From positions 1,152,001 through 1,216,000 of the forward strand of contig OZ242318.1 in the NCBI GenBank assembly GCA_965208105.1: 64,000 bases of DNA, written 5' to 3'. The stretch comes from Candidatus Latescibacterota bacterium (GTDB taxonomy: Bacteria > Latescibacterota > UBA2968 > UBA8231). The notes beneath the pieces were generated by a model. It did not search any database. It had not been told where the DNA came from and saw only the letters and a list, made by a program, of their open reading frames with translations. Shown here piece after piece: positions 1 through 10,503 of this stretch (the stretch's first letter is position 1; each line of letters opens with the position of its first letter). The position numbers were made by a program, and so were the translations under genes.

Positions 1-20
1 ACGGTATGCCCGGTGGGGTA

Positions 21-49
21 TTGATTTATGCCCGGGCACCTGTTAAATT
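21..49 (+). promoter_or_regulatory. sigma70-type promoter for the HEAT/SSS/NhaC genes
   Basis: TTGATT (21-26), 17-nt spacer, TGn-TAAATT (44-49), upstream of ATG 99. Confidence 0.5.
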
Positions 50-98
50 ACGGGCCGTTTCGAGCATGCCGCCGATCTTCACCACCGCCTGGACCGCC

Positions 99-1343
99 AT
101 GAAGAAAACCTTCAACCACCTCATCGCCGGGGCCCTCCTGGGCAGCGGACTTTGCGCCTGCAGCACCACCGAGCAACAGGTGGACGAGCTCCTCGACCAA
201 CTGGCCTCCAACGAGATCGACTCGGAGGCCTGGCACCAGGGGGTCGACGGCCTCGTCGCCATCGGCCGCCCGGCTGCGCGCCAGTTGACCGCCCACCTCG
301 ATCCTGCGCACTACACCGGGACCAACTACCGCGAATTCCGCGGCGAGATCGAAAAGGTGCGCACCGGCTGCGCCCGCGCCCTGGGGCAGATCAAGCCCCG
401 CGCCGCCTCGGCCAAGCTCGCCGCCTGCATCGTTCCCGATACCTACACCGACACCGAGCGCCTTGCCTGCCTGTGGGGGGTGGGAGAGATCGGCTTCGAC
501 CGCGCCTGCGTCGAGGCCCTCAGAAAGGAACTGGAAAAGGTCCCCCCCGAGGGTGAGGATCCCAACATCCGGCTTCAGCTCGCCATCGCCCTGGTCAAGA
601 TGGACGAGATTTTGGCAATCCATCTGATCGAGGCGGCCCTTGCGGGCGAGGACGACGTTCTGGCAGGGGAAGCCCTGGAGGGACTCAGAAACTCAAACTA
701 CTTCGGCGTTCCGCTCCTGGTGGAGGCCGCCGGCCGCGGCGGCCCGCGCCGCGCCGAGGTCGACGCGGCCCTGGAGAAGATCAAGCAACAGCTGGTCTCC
801 CAGCTCGGCGCCGAGGAGCCGTCGCTGCGCTACCACTCCGCCCGCGCCCTGGGGACCATCGGCGACGCGGGGGTCAGCCCCGAGCTGGTCTCCGCCCTGG
901 ACGATCCCAGCAACCTGGTGCGCTTCAACGCCGCGGCGGCGCTTGCCACCATGGACCAGAAGGCGGGCATCGAATTCCTCTTCACCGCCCTCGGCGACGA
1001 CGACCCCACCCTGCGCATCAATGCCGTCAAGTTCCTCACCGAGATCCAGAGCCGGTCGAGCGCCGTCGAACAGGAGCTCATCGCCGCCCTGGAGCGCGGC
1101 GATCCCGCCTCGAGCTCGGGCGCGGCCCAGGTTTTGGGCCAGGCGCGGGTGGAGTCCGCCGTGCAGGCGCTGCTTGCGGCGACCCTGAGGGCTGATCCAC
1201 AGGTGCGCTGGAACGCGGTCATCGCCCTGGGCCGCATCGGCTCGGCCGAGACCCGGCCCCGCCTCGAGCAGCTCCTCGAGGACAGCGACGCCACCGTGGC
1301 CTATTATGCCCGCTGGGCCCTGAGCCGGCTCGGACAAGGCTAG
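99..1343 (+). CDS. HEAT-repeat lipoprotein
   Basis: ATG 99 gives signal peptide with lipobox (LCA-C); repeated HEAT motifs (LRYHSARALGTIG, VRFNAAAALA, VRWNAVIALGRIG). Confidence 0.8.
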   Translation: MKKTFNHLIAGALLGSGLCACSTTEQQVDELLDQLASNEIDSEAWHQGVDGLVAIGRPAARQLTAHLDPAHYTGTNYREFRGEIEKVRTGCARALGQIKPRAASAKLAACIVPDTYTDTERLACLWGVGEIGFDRACVEALRKELEKVPPEGEDPNIRLQLAIALVKMDEILAIHLIEAALAGEDDVLAGEALEGLRNSNYFGVPLLVEAAGRGGPRRAEVDAALEKIKQQLVSQLGAEEPSLRYHSARALGTIGDAGVSPELVSALDDPSNLVRFNAAAALATMDQKAGIEFLFTALGDDDPTLRINAVKFLTEIQSRSSAVEQELIAALERGDPASSSGAAQVLGQARVESAVQALLAATLRADPQVRWNAVIALGRIGSAETRPRLEQLLEDSDATVAYYARWALSRLGQG

Positions 1344-1404
1344 TGCACTCGCTCCTCAACCTTGGTCCGAACGCCTGGCGCGGCGTCCCGGCGGAGAAAC
1401 TCCC

Positions 1405-3279
1405 ATGGACAAGCTGATCTGGCTCCTGCTCTTCATCCTGGGCTACTGGGCCTATTGCATCTTCTGGGGCTGGAAGGGAGCGCGGCAGGCCCGCACCGCC
1501 AGCGACTATTTCATCGCCGGGCGCAAAATCGGGCTCTGGGTCTTCGTCCTCGCCGCCACCGCCACCTCCTTCAGCGGCTGGACCTTCGTGGGCCACCCCG
1601 GCCTGATCTACAAGACGGGCCTGCCCTACGCCTTCGCCTCGTTCTACGCCATCACTATTCCTTTTACAGGGATTCTCTTCCTCAAGCGCCAGTGGCTGCT
1701 GGGAAAGCGCTTCGGCTACATCACCCCGGGAGAGATGTTCAGCGACTACTACCGCACCGACGCCATGCGCTTTCTCACCGTCATCGTGGCCATGGTCTTC
1801 AGCGTGCCCTACCTGGGAGTTCAGCTCAAGGCATCCGGGCTCCTGTTCAACCGCCTGCTCCAGGGCACGGCCCTGGAACACACCTTCATCGGCACCATCG
1901 AAGGCGGCGCCATCATGCTCTCGGTGATCGTCTTTCTCTACGTCGCCTCCGGAGGACTGCGCTCGGTGGCCTACGTCGACTGCGCCCAGTGCATCCTCCT
2001 GGCCCTCGGGATCGTCATCCTGGGGTTCGTCGCCCTCGACCTGGTCGGCGGCTGGAATTCCTTCATCGGCGGGTTGGCCGCCCTTGCCCGCAGCGCTCCG
2101 GACATGGTGACCATCCCCACCCGGCCCGAGTCCTCCTCGTTCCTGGAGCGCAGCGGGGCCATGTTCCTGGACTCGACCGGAGGTTCCTGGACCAGCTTGA
2201 TGATCCTGACCTACATGTTCGCGCTGATGGGGATCCAGGCCGCGCCGGCCTTTTCAATGTGGGCCTTCTCCAACAAGGACCCGCGCCCCTTCCCCCTGCA
2301 GCAGGTCTTCGCCTCCTCCCTGGCCATCGGCGGCATCATGTTCTTCTTCACCGCGGTCCAGGGGCTGGGCGGCGCCATGCTCGACCGGGAACTGGTTCCG
2401 GGGACTTCCCCCCTGGGGGTACCGGGGGCCGACTCCCTCGTTCCCTACCTCATCGACACGCTCACCCGCAGTGCGCCCTGGCTCGTCGGCCTGCTGTCTG
2501 TCTGCGCCCTGGCGGCCATGCAGTCCACCGGAGCGGCCTACATGTCCACCGCCAGCGGCATCATCACCCGCGATCTCTACCGTCACTTCCTCAACCGGGA
2601 AGCCTCCCACCGGGCCCAGGTCCTGGTGGGGCGAATCTGCGTCGCGGTCATCGTCACCCTGGCCCTCTTCGTCGGGCTGGCCAGCGGCGACGTCCTCGTA
2701 CTGCTCGGCGGCCTTGCCGTATCCTACGGCTTCCAGATGTACCCGGCCCTGTTGGGAGTCTGCTACATTCGCTTCTTCACCCCCAAGGGCATCGTCTGGG
2801 GGCTGGTAGCCGGGCTGGTGGCCGTGACCTTCACCTACATCGCGGAGCTCGGAGGCCTGCTGGGATTCGGGCGCTATCCCCTGACCCTGCACAGCGCCGG
2901 CTGGGGCATTCTCTTCAACCTGGGAATCGCCGTCGTGGTCAGCGCCTTCACCCAGCCCAGGAAGCCCGGTACCGGCGCCCATCGCAACCGCTTCCACGAC
3001 TTCCTCCGCGAGCACACCCGGCTCAGCCCGGACAGGAGGAAGTGGAAGAAGCCGGCCTGGATCCTGGTCAGTGTCTGGTTCCTCTGCGCCATCGGCCCCT
3101 TTGCGGTGCTCGGTAACGAGGCCGATCCCTCCGCCTGGATCCTCGGCATTCCCACCCTGTGGGTCTGGCAGATCGCCTGGTGGATCGTGGGCTGCGTCAT
3201 GATGTACCTGCTCGCCTTCAAGCTCGAGATGTCCACCGTTCCCGAGAGAGAAGTGGAAAGTCTCGCCCAGAGCGAATGA
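1405..3279 (+). CDS. sodium:solute symporter family protein
   Basis: DYFIAGR, ATSFSGWTFVGHPG, GGLRSVAYVD, ALAAMQST motifs; many TM helices. Confidence 0.9.
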   Translation: MDKLIWLLLFILGYWAYCIFWGWKGARQARTASDYFIAGRKIGLWVFVLAATATSFSGWTFVGHPGLIYKTGLPYAFASFYAITIPFTGILFLKRQWLLGKRFGYITPGEMFSDYYRTDAMRFLTVIVAMVFSVPYLGVQLKASGLLFNRLLQGTALEHTFIGTIEGGAIMLSVIVFLYVASGGLRSVAYVDCAQCILLALGIVILGFVALDLVGGWNSFIGGLAALARSAPDMVTIPTRPESSSFLERSGAMFLDSTGGSWTSLMILTYMFALMGIQAAPAFSMWAFSNKDPRPFPLQQVFASSLAIGGIMFFFTAVQGLGGAMLDRELVPGTSPLGVPGADSLVPYLIDTLTRSAPWLVGLLSVCALAAMQSTGAAYMSTASGIITRDLYRHFLNREASHRAQVLVGRICVAVIVTLALFVGLASGDVLVLLGGLAVSYGFQMYPALLGVCYIRFFTPKGIVWGLVAGLVAVTFTYIAELGGLLGFGRYPLTLHSAGWGILFNLGIAVVVSAFTQPRKPGTGAHRNRFHDFLREHTRLSPDRRKWKKPAWILVSVWFLCAIGPFAVLGNEADPSAWILGIPTLWVWQIAWWIVGCVMMYLLAFKLEMSTVPEREVESLAQSE

Positions 3280-4979
3280 GTTCGCCCATGCTCCGCCTCT
3301 TCCTCCGCCTCGGCCTGGCCCTCCTCCTGGCCAGCCTGGTGGCCGCCCTGCTGCCGCAGCGCGGAGAAGTGGACGGCTGGAGCCTCTTTCCGCCCCTGGC
3401 TGCCATTCTCGCCTCGGTCCTGACCGGCCGGCTGATCCTGGGACTTTCGGTGGCCATCCTGAGCGGAGCCCTGATCTCGCTGCCCGCTTCCACTCCCTTC
3501 CACGCCCTGCCCTTCGCGGTGCTGCGCCACGCACTCCTCGACTTCGTCTGGATTCCCCTGAAGGACTCCTTCCAGCTCTATATCCTCGGCTTCACTGCAT
3601 CTCTCATCGGCATGGCGCGGGTGGTGTCCTTGGGTGGGGGCGCCCAGGGCATCGCCGAGTTGCTGGCCGCCCGCGCCCAGAGCGCGCGCTCCACCCGGGC
3701 AGCCACCTTCCTGACCGGCATGGCCATCTTCTTCGACGACTACGCCAACACCCTGGTGGTGGGCTCGACCATGCGGCCCATTGCCGACCGCTTCAGAATT
3801 TCGCGGGAAAAACTCGCCTACCTGGTGGATTCCACCGCGGCGCCGGTGGCCGGGGTGGCGGTGATCAGCACCTGGATCGGCTTCGAGGTGGGGCTCTTCG
3901 ACGATGCCATGCGCCAGGTGGGCAGCGGGATCTCGGGCTACGAGCTCTTCTTCCGCGCCCTGCCGGCGCGCTTCTACTGCCTGCTGACCCTGGCCTTCAT
4001 CGCCTTGTCCATCCTGCTGCAGCGCGACTTCGGACCCATGCTCAGGGCCGAGCGCCGCGCCCGCCTGAAGGGCCAGGTGCTGGCCCCGGGGGCCCGCCCT
4101 CTCACCGGCAGGAAGGGCGACGCCCTCGAGGCGGCGCCCGGAGTGCGGGGCCACTGGGCCACGGCCGCCGCGCCGGTGGGCCTGGTGATCGCCGGGGTGC
4201 TGGGGGGAATGCACCTCGACACCTGGAACATCAACGAGGTCGCCGCCTTGCGCCAGGAGCACTCCTTTTTCAGCCGCTCCTACTGGACCGCGGCGTTTTC
4301 CCACGCCGACAACTCCAAGGTGATGTTCCTGGCGGCACTGGCAGGCTCGGCCCTGGCCTTCGCCGTCGCCCTCAGCCGCCGCGATTCGGCGGGCCGCTTT
4401 CCGCTTTCTCCTTGGCTGGTCTTCAGGACCTGGATCAAGGGCATCACCGGATTCTACTACGCCCTGATCATCCTGGTCCTCGCCTGGTCGATCAAGGAGA
4501 CCTGCAAGGCCGTGGACACCGCCGCCTATCTCATCGCTTCGCTGTCGGGATTCCTCGATCCCATTCTGCTCCCGATACTGGTATTCATGCTCGCCGCCCT
4601 GGTGGCCTTTTCCATCGGCACCTCGTGGACGACCATGGCCATCCTCCTGCCCACCATGCTGCCCCTGGCCCATGACATGGGCGGCCTGGCCCTGACCGTC
4701 CTGGTCGCCGCCGCGGTGCTCGACGGCGCCATCTTCGGGGACCACTGCTCCCCCATAAGCGACACCACGGTGCTCTCCAGCATCGCCACTTCCTGCGACC
4801 ACGTCGACCACGTCAAGACCCAGATCCCCTATGCCCTGGCCACCATGGCCACGGCGGCCCTCTGCGGCTACCTGGGCAGCACCCTCCTCTACTCTCCCCT
4901 TCTCGGCCTGCTTCTGGGGACAGCCGTCATCGCGCTGGTTCTCTTTTTCCTGGGAAGAAATTCGGACGCTGAAGCCTGA
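3276..4979 (+). CDS. Na+/H+ antiporter NhaC family protein
   Basis: IFFDDYAN, SREKLAYLVDSTAAP, GTSWTT, GDHCSPISDTT motifs; ATGA overlap with upstream stop. Confidence 0.85.
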   Translation: MSSPMLRLFLRLGLALLLASLVAALLPQRGEVDGWSLFPPLAAILASVLTGRLILGLSVAILSGALISLPASTPFHALPFAVLRHALLDFVWIPLKDSFQLYILGFTASLIGMARVVSLGGGAQGIAELLAARAQSARSTRAATFLTGMAIFFDDYANTLVVGSTMRPIADRFRISREKLAYLVDSTAAPVAGVAVISTWIGFEVGLFDDAMRQVGSGISGYELFFRALPARFYCLLTLAFIALSILLQRDFGPMLRAERRARLKGQVLAPGARPLTGRKGDALEAAPGVRGHWATAAAPVGLVIAGVLGGMHLDTWNINEVAALRQEHSFFSRSYWTAAFSHADNSKVMFLAALAGSALAFAVALSRRDSAGRFPLSPWLVFRTWIKGITGFYYALIILVLAWSIKETCKAVDTAAYLIASLSGFLDPILLPILVFMLAALVAFSIGTSWTTMAILLPTMLPLAHDMGGLALTVLVAAAVLDGAIFGDHCSPISDTTVLSSIATSCDHVDHVKTQIPYALATMATAALCGYLGSTLLYSPLLGLLLGTAVIALVLFFLGRNSDAEA

Positions 4980-5013
4980 CCCGGGCGCTCTCCCGCCTAC
5001 CGCGGCAGGTGGG

Positions 5014-5607
5014 CTACCATCCGGCGGTGGTGCGATCGACGATCTCCTCCACCACCATGTCCAGGGCGGCCCCGACCGCCGGGTCGCGCCCCTCCTCGTC
5101 GGGCAGGTCGGCGTCGTAGGTACCCCACCCCTGGAGATCCTTCAGCTCCAGCAGAGAGCTGCCGTCGACCGCGCGCAGCAGCTCCATGTCGATTTGAACG
5201 CTGAAGCGGTACTGCTCGGTCTCCTCGGCGGCGGTGTAGGTGAAGGGGCGATCCTGAAGAGCCGTCACCCGCAGGTAGAGCACCGCGTCGGCGCTCTCCT
5301 CGTCCACCAGCCGCAGGCGGCCATCGCTCCTGTAGGCGTCCCCCAGGCGCTCGCTGAGGTCCTCGCCGATGCGGAATTCGGCGGTATCGTTCTCGGCCAC
5401 CGGGATGGCGACGCTGCGGATCCCGCCGATGAGGCCGGAGGTGGTGGAGTAGTGGGCGCAGCCTGCCGCAAGGATGAGACAGGCGAAAAGAAGGAAATGG
5501 AGGCGGCCGCCGGGGCGGCGCGGAGCCTTCGCCGCGGCAGGGCGCCGGCGCATGGCCCCTGCCGGGGTAAGCGGTGTGGTGTCTGACTGAGGCGGGAAAG
5601 GGATCAT
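5014..5607 (-). CDS. lptE: LPS assembly lipoprotein LptE family
   Basis: Lipobox LAAG-C then YS..IRSVAIPVAENDTAE, typical of FCB-type LptE; ATGA overlap with upstream gene. Confidence 0.7.
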   Translation of the reverse strand: MIPFPPQSDTTPLTPAGAMRRRPAAAKAPRRPGGRLHFLLFACLILAAGCAHYSTTSGLIGGIRSVAIPVAENDTAEFRIGEDLSERLGDAYRSDGRLRLVDEESADAVLYLRVTALQDRPFTYTAAEETEQYRFSVQIDMELLRAVDGSSLLELKDLQGWGTYDADLPDEEGRDPAVGAALDMVVEEIVDRTTAGW

Positions 5608-6116
5608 TCCGGCGGGCGCGGCTGCTGCCGGGGCGCTTCATCGCCCGCCTCCGGCTTGGAGGCCGCCGCCGGAGGGCCCTCTTCCGCCTTTTGGAGGGGC
5701 AGCGCACGCGCCTGGTCCCCAACCGCAATGGGTTGGCCCTTGGGCTGGCCGCTGACGTCCGCGCTGCGCACCTGGAGGTGTTCCCACTTCTCGGCGCCGC
5801 GGCCGTAGCTGCCCAGGGAGTGCTCCACCATCAGGGAGCTGAGCGTGCGGGTGTTGCTCGGCGCCACTGCGGCGGCCACCACCAGGGGCGCGCGCACCGT
5901 GCACATGCGTTCCTGCACGTGGGTGGCCACTACCCGAGCCTTGACCATCTCCCACTGGCCCAGAGGCTCTCCGCTATCGGGATCTTCGATGGCCTGGTGC
6001 TCGGCGAAGATCACGAAGACCATGCCCTCCAGCACGCCGTGGCTCGAGCCAGCGTTCAGCACCAGGGTGGTGTCGTCAATGATTGCCGCTACCTTGGCGG
6101 TGATGATTTCGTTCAT
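5604..6116 (-). CDS. hypothetical protein, FlgT C-terminal-like beta domain
   Basis: LVLNAGSSHGVLEGMVF...IEDPDSGEPLG...VVATHVQE pattern. Confidence 0.55.
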   Translation of the reverse strand: MNEIITAKVAAIIDDTTLVLNAGSSHGVLEGMVFVIFAEHQAIEDPDSGEPLGQWEMVKARVVATHVQERMCTVRAPLVVAAAVAPSNTRTLSSLMVEHSLGSYGRGAEKWEHLQVRSADVSGQPKGQPIAVGDQARALPLQKAEEGPPAAASKPEAGDEAPRQQPRPPE

Positions 6117-6236
6117 CGCTCGTCTACCTGCCCGAAGCAGTCAGGTGCCCCCGCTGAAAGCGGCGGTCCCGGCGCGCGCCTGCAGCGATCGAAGTACGGG
6201 CGGGGCCGGTGCCCGTCCCGGCCTCCCCCGCCCCTT

Positions 6237-7283
6237 CTAGCGCTGCCACCCTAGGACTACGTTGTCTCCCGGCATGTCCAGGATGAAGTCCCTGGGGTTC
6301 ACGTAACCCCCGTGCCCTCCCGCCCGGGGGTTGATGTGGCGCACCGCGTAGTGCAGATGCGGACCGGTGGACCTGCCGCTGTTGCCCAACGTCCCTATCT
6401 GCTGACCCCGGACGACGCGGTTGCCCTTGCTCACCATGATCCTCCTCAGGTGCCCGTACTCGGTGCGGTACTTTCCTTTTCTGACCTGGCGTTCGCCCTT
6501 GTGGTCGGTCCACTCGATGTTGTGCTCGATGACGACCACGTTGCCCAGGCGGATGTCCTTGTAGGCGTAGGCGACCACCCCGTCGCCGGTGGCGTAAATG
6601 GGCATTCCCGGACGGCCCGCGAAATCGATGCCCGAATGATGCGCCATGCGCCCGGTGAATGGGTCGCGGCGGACGCCGAAATTCGACGAGACCCAGGTCC
6701 CTTCCGCGGGGACGGGCAGAATCGTCGGATAGTGGCTCAAATCCTGCTCGCTTTCCAGGAACTTGCGCTCGATCAGCTTGAAGCTCTCTTCCTGCAGCTT
6801 GGCTTCCATCTCCAGCCGGTCGATGGCAAAGCTGAGCTTTTCCAGGGCGAGGCGCGTCGCGGAAGGCAGGGACTGGACGCTGCCCTTCTGCGCGCCGGTC
6901 CCGCTATCGGACTCGCCGTCCCGCCCGGTCCTGCCTCCCATGCCTCCCTGCCGCACCTGCGGAGATAGTGGCTCCATCTCGTGGTAGTAGCGCAGGCGCT
7001 CGTCGTCCGCCGCCAGCGCCGCCATGGATTTTTCCAGCTTGCGGATGTCCTTCCCCATCAATTCCAACCTGGCCGTCAAAACCTCGTTCTCATCGCGCAA
7101 CTGGGCCAGGTTCAGGTCTTTCCCCCCTCCGAAGTAGAACCCCGTGGCGTAGAACAGCAAAGCTCCCCCAACCACTGCGAAGATGGCCGCGGTCGCCCCG
7201 AGAAGCCAGGGAGGAAAGCGGTACTCGCGCACATGTCCGTCGGCGGTGGGGATAACGATGAAGCTAATGTTCTTTCTGGCCAT
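6237..7283 (-). CDS. M23 family metallopeptidase
   Basis: N-terminal TM, coiled coil, HSGID and STGPHLHY zinc motifs. Confidence 0.92.
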   Translation of the reverse strand: MARKNISFIVIPTADGHVREYRFPPWLLGATAAIFAVVGGALLFYATGFYFGGGKDLNLAQLRDENEVLTARLELMGKDIRKLEKSMAALAADDERLRYYHEMEPLSPQVRQGGMGGRTGRDGESDSGTGAQKGSVQSLPSATRLALEKLSFAIDRLEMEAKLQEESFKLIERKFLESEQDLSHYPTILPVPAEGTWVSSNFGVRRDPFTGRMAHHSGIDFAGRPGMPIYATGDGVVAYAYKDIRLGNVVVIEHNIEWTDHKGERQVRKGKYRTEYGHLRRIMVSKGNRVVRGQQIGTLGNSGRSTGPHLHYAVRHINPRAGGHGGYVNPRDFILDMPGDNVVLGWQR

Positions 7284-7415
7284 AGATCGGGTCTGTCTCC
7301 TGGTTCAAAGCCGGAACGCAAGCGGGGTTGCCCGGCGGATGGTTGCATGAATGAACATATTCCGCTGCTTCTGAGAAACCCCGAGGATAGGGCCGCCGCT
7401 GCTGCCCGGCCCCTA

Positions 7416-7444
7416 TTGACCTGAACCGCCGCGTGGCCTATTAT
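7416..7444 (+). promoter_or_regulatory. sigma70 promoter for S41 peptidase-lipA-kinase genes
   Basis: TTGACC, 17 nt, TATTAT. Confidence 0.65.
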
Positions 7445-7604
7445 GAGTATTCTCGAAAAATTCCGGAATATCTTAAAATGGCGTCCCAGCTCTGATTGAG
7501 CAACCCCCTCGAAGCGGTCCCGGTCCTTCCGGCCTCCTTCGCGCCGCGCCGGAAAGCTGCAGCCGGGAGTTGGCGGGCGCCTCCGATCCCTCAGGGAATA
7601 CTCC

Positions 7605-9461
7605 ATGCCGCGATTCAGCAAGTTCCTCCTCCTGACCCTGGTCGTCCTCGTGGATCACTCCCTGGAGGCCGAATCCTCCGGTTCGGAGCTGGAGAGGGAG
7701 TTCGGCAAGTTCCTCTGGCCCATAGCCGAGCACATCCACAGATATTACTTCGAGGAGATCCCCGCCGACAGTCTCATGAGCGCCGGGGTCGAAGGCCTCT
7801 TCCACGCCCTCGACCCGGCCTCCGGCTACACCCTCAGGGAAGGCGACAGGTATCCATTCCAGACCTTCCTGAATATCGCCCGGTCCGTCGATCAGAAAGC
7901 ATTCTATACGGTCAGCGCCGATACCCTGGTGCGCTTCGGAATCGCCGGGATGATGGGGATTCTCGATCCCTACACCGTCTTCATGGAAAAGCGCAACCTG
8001 GACAACTTCAACATCCGCACCAGGGGCCACTACGGCGGCCTCGGGTTCAAAATCCAGGTGGTCTATCCCGACAGCGCCATCGCGGTGTGGTCCCTCCTGC
8101 ACGACGATACCCCGGCGGCGCGGGCAGGGGTCAAGTCCGGCGACCTCATCATCGCCATCGACGACAGCTCCACCAGGCACATGTCCGCCGGCGACGCGGC
8201 CGACCTGATGCGCGGCCAGCCCGGCACCTCCGCGACACTCACCCTCAGCCGCGCCGGCATCCCCGAAACCTTCGACCTGACCATCGAGCGCGAAGAAGTG
8301 AGCATGCACAGCGTGCCTTACCACACCCTCTTCCCCGATTCCACCGGGTACGTCAAGCTCGAACGCTTTCAGCAAAGCGCCAGCCGCGAGCTGCGGGAGG
8401 CGCTGGAGGACCTCCAGTCAAGGGGGATGGAGCGTCTCATCCTCGATCTCCAGTACAACGGCGGAGGCTACCTGCCCCAGGCGGTGGAGGTGGCGGATCT
8501 CTTCCTGGGCAAGGACAGGCTCGTGGTCTTCCACGCCGGGCGCGCCTACAAGGACACCACCAGACTCCTGACCAAGGAAGACCCCGTGGTCGCCGACGAG
8601 CCCCTGATCGTGCTGGTCAACGAGGCCTCGGCCAGCGCTTCGGAGATCGTCGCAGGGGCCATCCAGGACTGGGACCGCGGCCTGATTCTGGGAATGCCCA
8701 CCGTGGGCAAGGGCTCTGTGCAGCAGATCGTTCGCATCGACGAGAAGGCCGAGCTGAAGCTGACTACGGGCGCCTATTTCACTCCCAGCGGCCGCTCCAT
8801 CGACAAGCGCATGCGCAAGGATTCCACCCTGGTGGGCGCTCCCGACAAACGGTTCCACACCCTGGTGCGGGACCGGGTCGTGCGCGGCGGCGGAGGCATC
8901 ACGCCGGACATCGAGGCCGAGGACCTGAGCCCGTCCCGCCTCTATTCCCAGCTTGCCGGGGGGCGCACCCTCAACAACCGGTTCTTCCATTTTTCGCGCC
9001 AGTACGCGGCCGATCATCCGGACATCTCCCCGGACTTTCGCGCCGACGGCGGCCTCCTCGGCGAATTCCGCGAATTTGTCAGGGAGCATGGTTTCGAGTA
9101 CGTCAGCGAGGCCGAGGCCCGCCTGGACGACCTGGAGAAGGCCTCGGAGGGAGAGGAGTTCGAGAAGCTTGAAAAATCGCTCCAGCGTCTGCAGGAGGAG
9201 ATCGACAAAATCGAAGAGGGCCACTGGGACGAAGGTTCCGAGCTGATCCAGTGGCGGCTCACCTTCGACATTCTCGAGAAAACCATTGGCCTGAGGGCGG
9301 CAATTGCCTACCAGGTCGAAGCCAGTCCCCGGGTCCAGCGCGCGCGCGCGATCCTGAGCGACCACCAGGTCTACGAGCAATGGCTCGAGAAGAGCGAAAT
9401 CGGCGCTGAGCAGAAAGAGACCGTTGCCCAGGACCAGGGCGGCGAAGGGCTGCAGCAGTAA
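7605..9461 (+). CDS. S41 family carboxyl-terminal protease with PDZ domain
   Basis: LDPYT, DLQYNGGG, SASASEIVAGAIQD, GKGSVQ motifs; signal peptide. Confidence 0.93.
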   Translation: MPRFSKFLLLTLVVLVDHSLEAESSGSELEREFGKFLWPIAEHIHRYYFEEIPADSLMSAGVEGLFHALDPASGYTLREGDRYPFQTFLNIARSVDQKAFYTVSADTLVRFGIAGMMGILDPYTVFMEKRNLDNFNIRTRGHYGGLGFKIQVVYPDSAIAVWSLLHDDTPAARAGVKSGDLIIAIDDSSTRHMSAGDAADLMRGQPGTSATLTLSRAGIPETFDLTIEREEVSMHSVPYHTLFPDSTGYVKLERFQQSASRELREALEDLQSRGMERLILDLQYNGGGYLPQAVEVADLFLGKDRLVVFHAGRAYKDTTRLLTKEDPVVADEPLIVLVNEASASASEIVAGAIQDWDRGLILGMPTVGKGSVQQIVRIDEKAELKLTTGAYFTPSGRSIDKRMRKDSTLVGAPDKRFHTLVRDRVVRGGGGITPDIEAEDLSPSRLYSQLAGGRTLNNRFFHFSRQYAADHPDISPDFRADGGLLGEFREFVREHGFEYVSEAEARLDDLEKASEGEEFEKLEKSLQRLQEEIDKIEEGHWDEGSELIQWRLTFDILEKTIGLRAAIAYQVEASPRVQRARAILSDHQVYEQWLEKSEIGAEQKETVAQDQGGEGLQQ

Positions 9462-9490
9462 GTCATGCCCCACCCCGGGTCCGAGGCGCG

Positions 9491-10498
9491 ATGCAAGCAA
9501 TGAATCGAAAATCCGAAGGGCGGTGCGGTCCCACCATGGCAGAGACCAAGGGTCCAGGAAGGCTGCCGCCCTGGCTCAAGGCCAAGGCCCCCGGAAGCCC
9601 CAACTACCTCGAGCTCAAGCACCTGGTGCGCGGCCTCGAGCTCCACACCGTGTGCGAGAGCGCCCACTGCCCCAATATCGGGGAGTGCTGGAGCCGGCGC
9701 ACGGCCACCTTCATGATCCTGGGGGATATCTGCACCCGCAGCTGCGGCTTTTGCGCCATAAAGACCGGACGGCCCGAATCCCTCGACGAAGATGAGCCCC
9801 ACCGCGTCGCCGCCGCCGTTGCCTACCTGGAGCTGCGTCATGCGGTGATCACCTCGGTCAACCGCGACGAACTTCCCGACGGCGGCGCCCGCATCTTCGC
9901 CCGCACCCTGGAGGAGCTGCACCGCCGCTGCCCGCAAACCACGGTTGAAGTCCTCATCCCGGATTTCAAGGGCAACTGGGAGGCGCTGGAAGCCGTCCTC
10001 GCGGCCGGTCCGGACATCCTCAATCACAACGTCGAAACGGCGCCGCGCCTCTATCCCGTAATGCGCCCCCAGGCTCGCTACGAGCGCTCCCTCGAGCTTC
10101 TGGACCGGGCCCGGAGGGCGGGGCCTGCCCCCACCAAGTCGGGCATCATGCTCGGCGCCGGGGAAAGGAGGGACGAGATTGCCCGCACCATCGGCGACCT
10201 GGCCGCAGTGAACTGCAGCATTCTCACCATCGGACAGTACCTTAGCCCTTCTCCCCGGCACGTCCCCCTTGACCGCTTCGTCCACCCGGACGAGTTCGAG
10301 GAGTGGCGCTCATACGCCCTCGGCCTCGGTTTCCGCCACGTGGAATCCGGCCCCCTGGTGCGCAGCTCCTACCACGCCGAGGAGCAGGTGAGCGACATGC
10401 ATGCCAGGGTCCTTGCGGAAACCCCCGGGGGCCCGGACCTGCCGCCCTCAGCTCCTCTGCAGCAAATCGACACCACCTTCTTCCCGGGAACGCAATAG
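9491..10498 (+). CDS. lipA: lipoyl synthase (start may be ATG 9536)
   Basis: CESAHCPNIGEC, CTRSCGFC, NHNVET, VRSSYHA. Confidence 0.97.
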   Translation: MQAMNRKSEGRCGPTMAETKGPGRLPPWLKAKAPGSPNYLELKHLVRGLELHTVCESAHCPNIGECWSRRTATFMILGDICTRSCGFCAIKTGRPESLDEDEPHRVAAAVAYLELRHAVITSVNRDELPDGGARIFARTLEELHRRCPQTTVEVLIPDFKGNWEALEAVLAAGPDILNHNVETAPRLYPVMRPQARYERSLELLDRARRAGPAPTKSGIMLGAGERRDEIARTIGDLAAVNCSILTIGQYLSPSPRHVPLDRFVHPDEFEEWRSYALGLGFRHVESGPLVRSSYHAEEQVSDMHARVLAETPGGPDLPPSAPLQQIDTTFFPGTQ

Positions 10499-10503
10499 AC
10501 CTG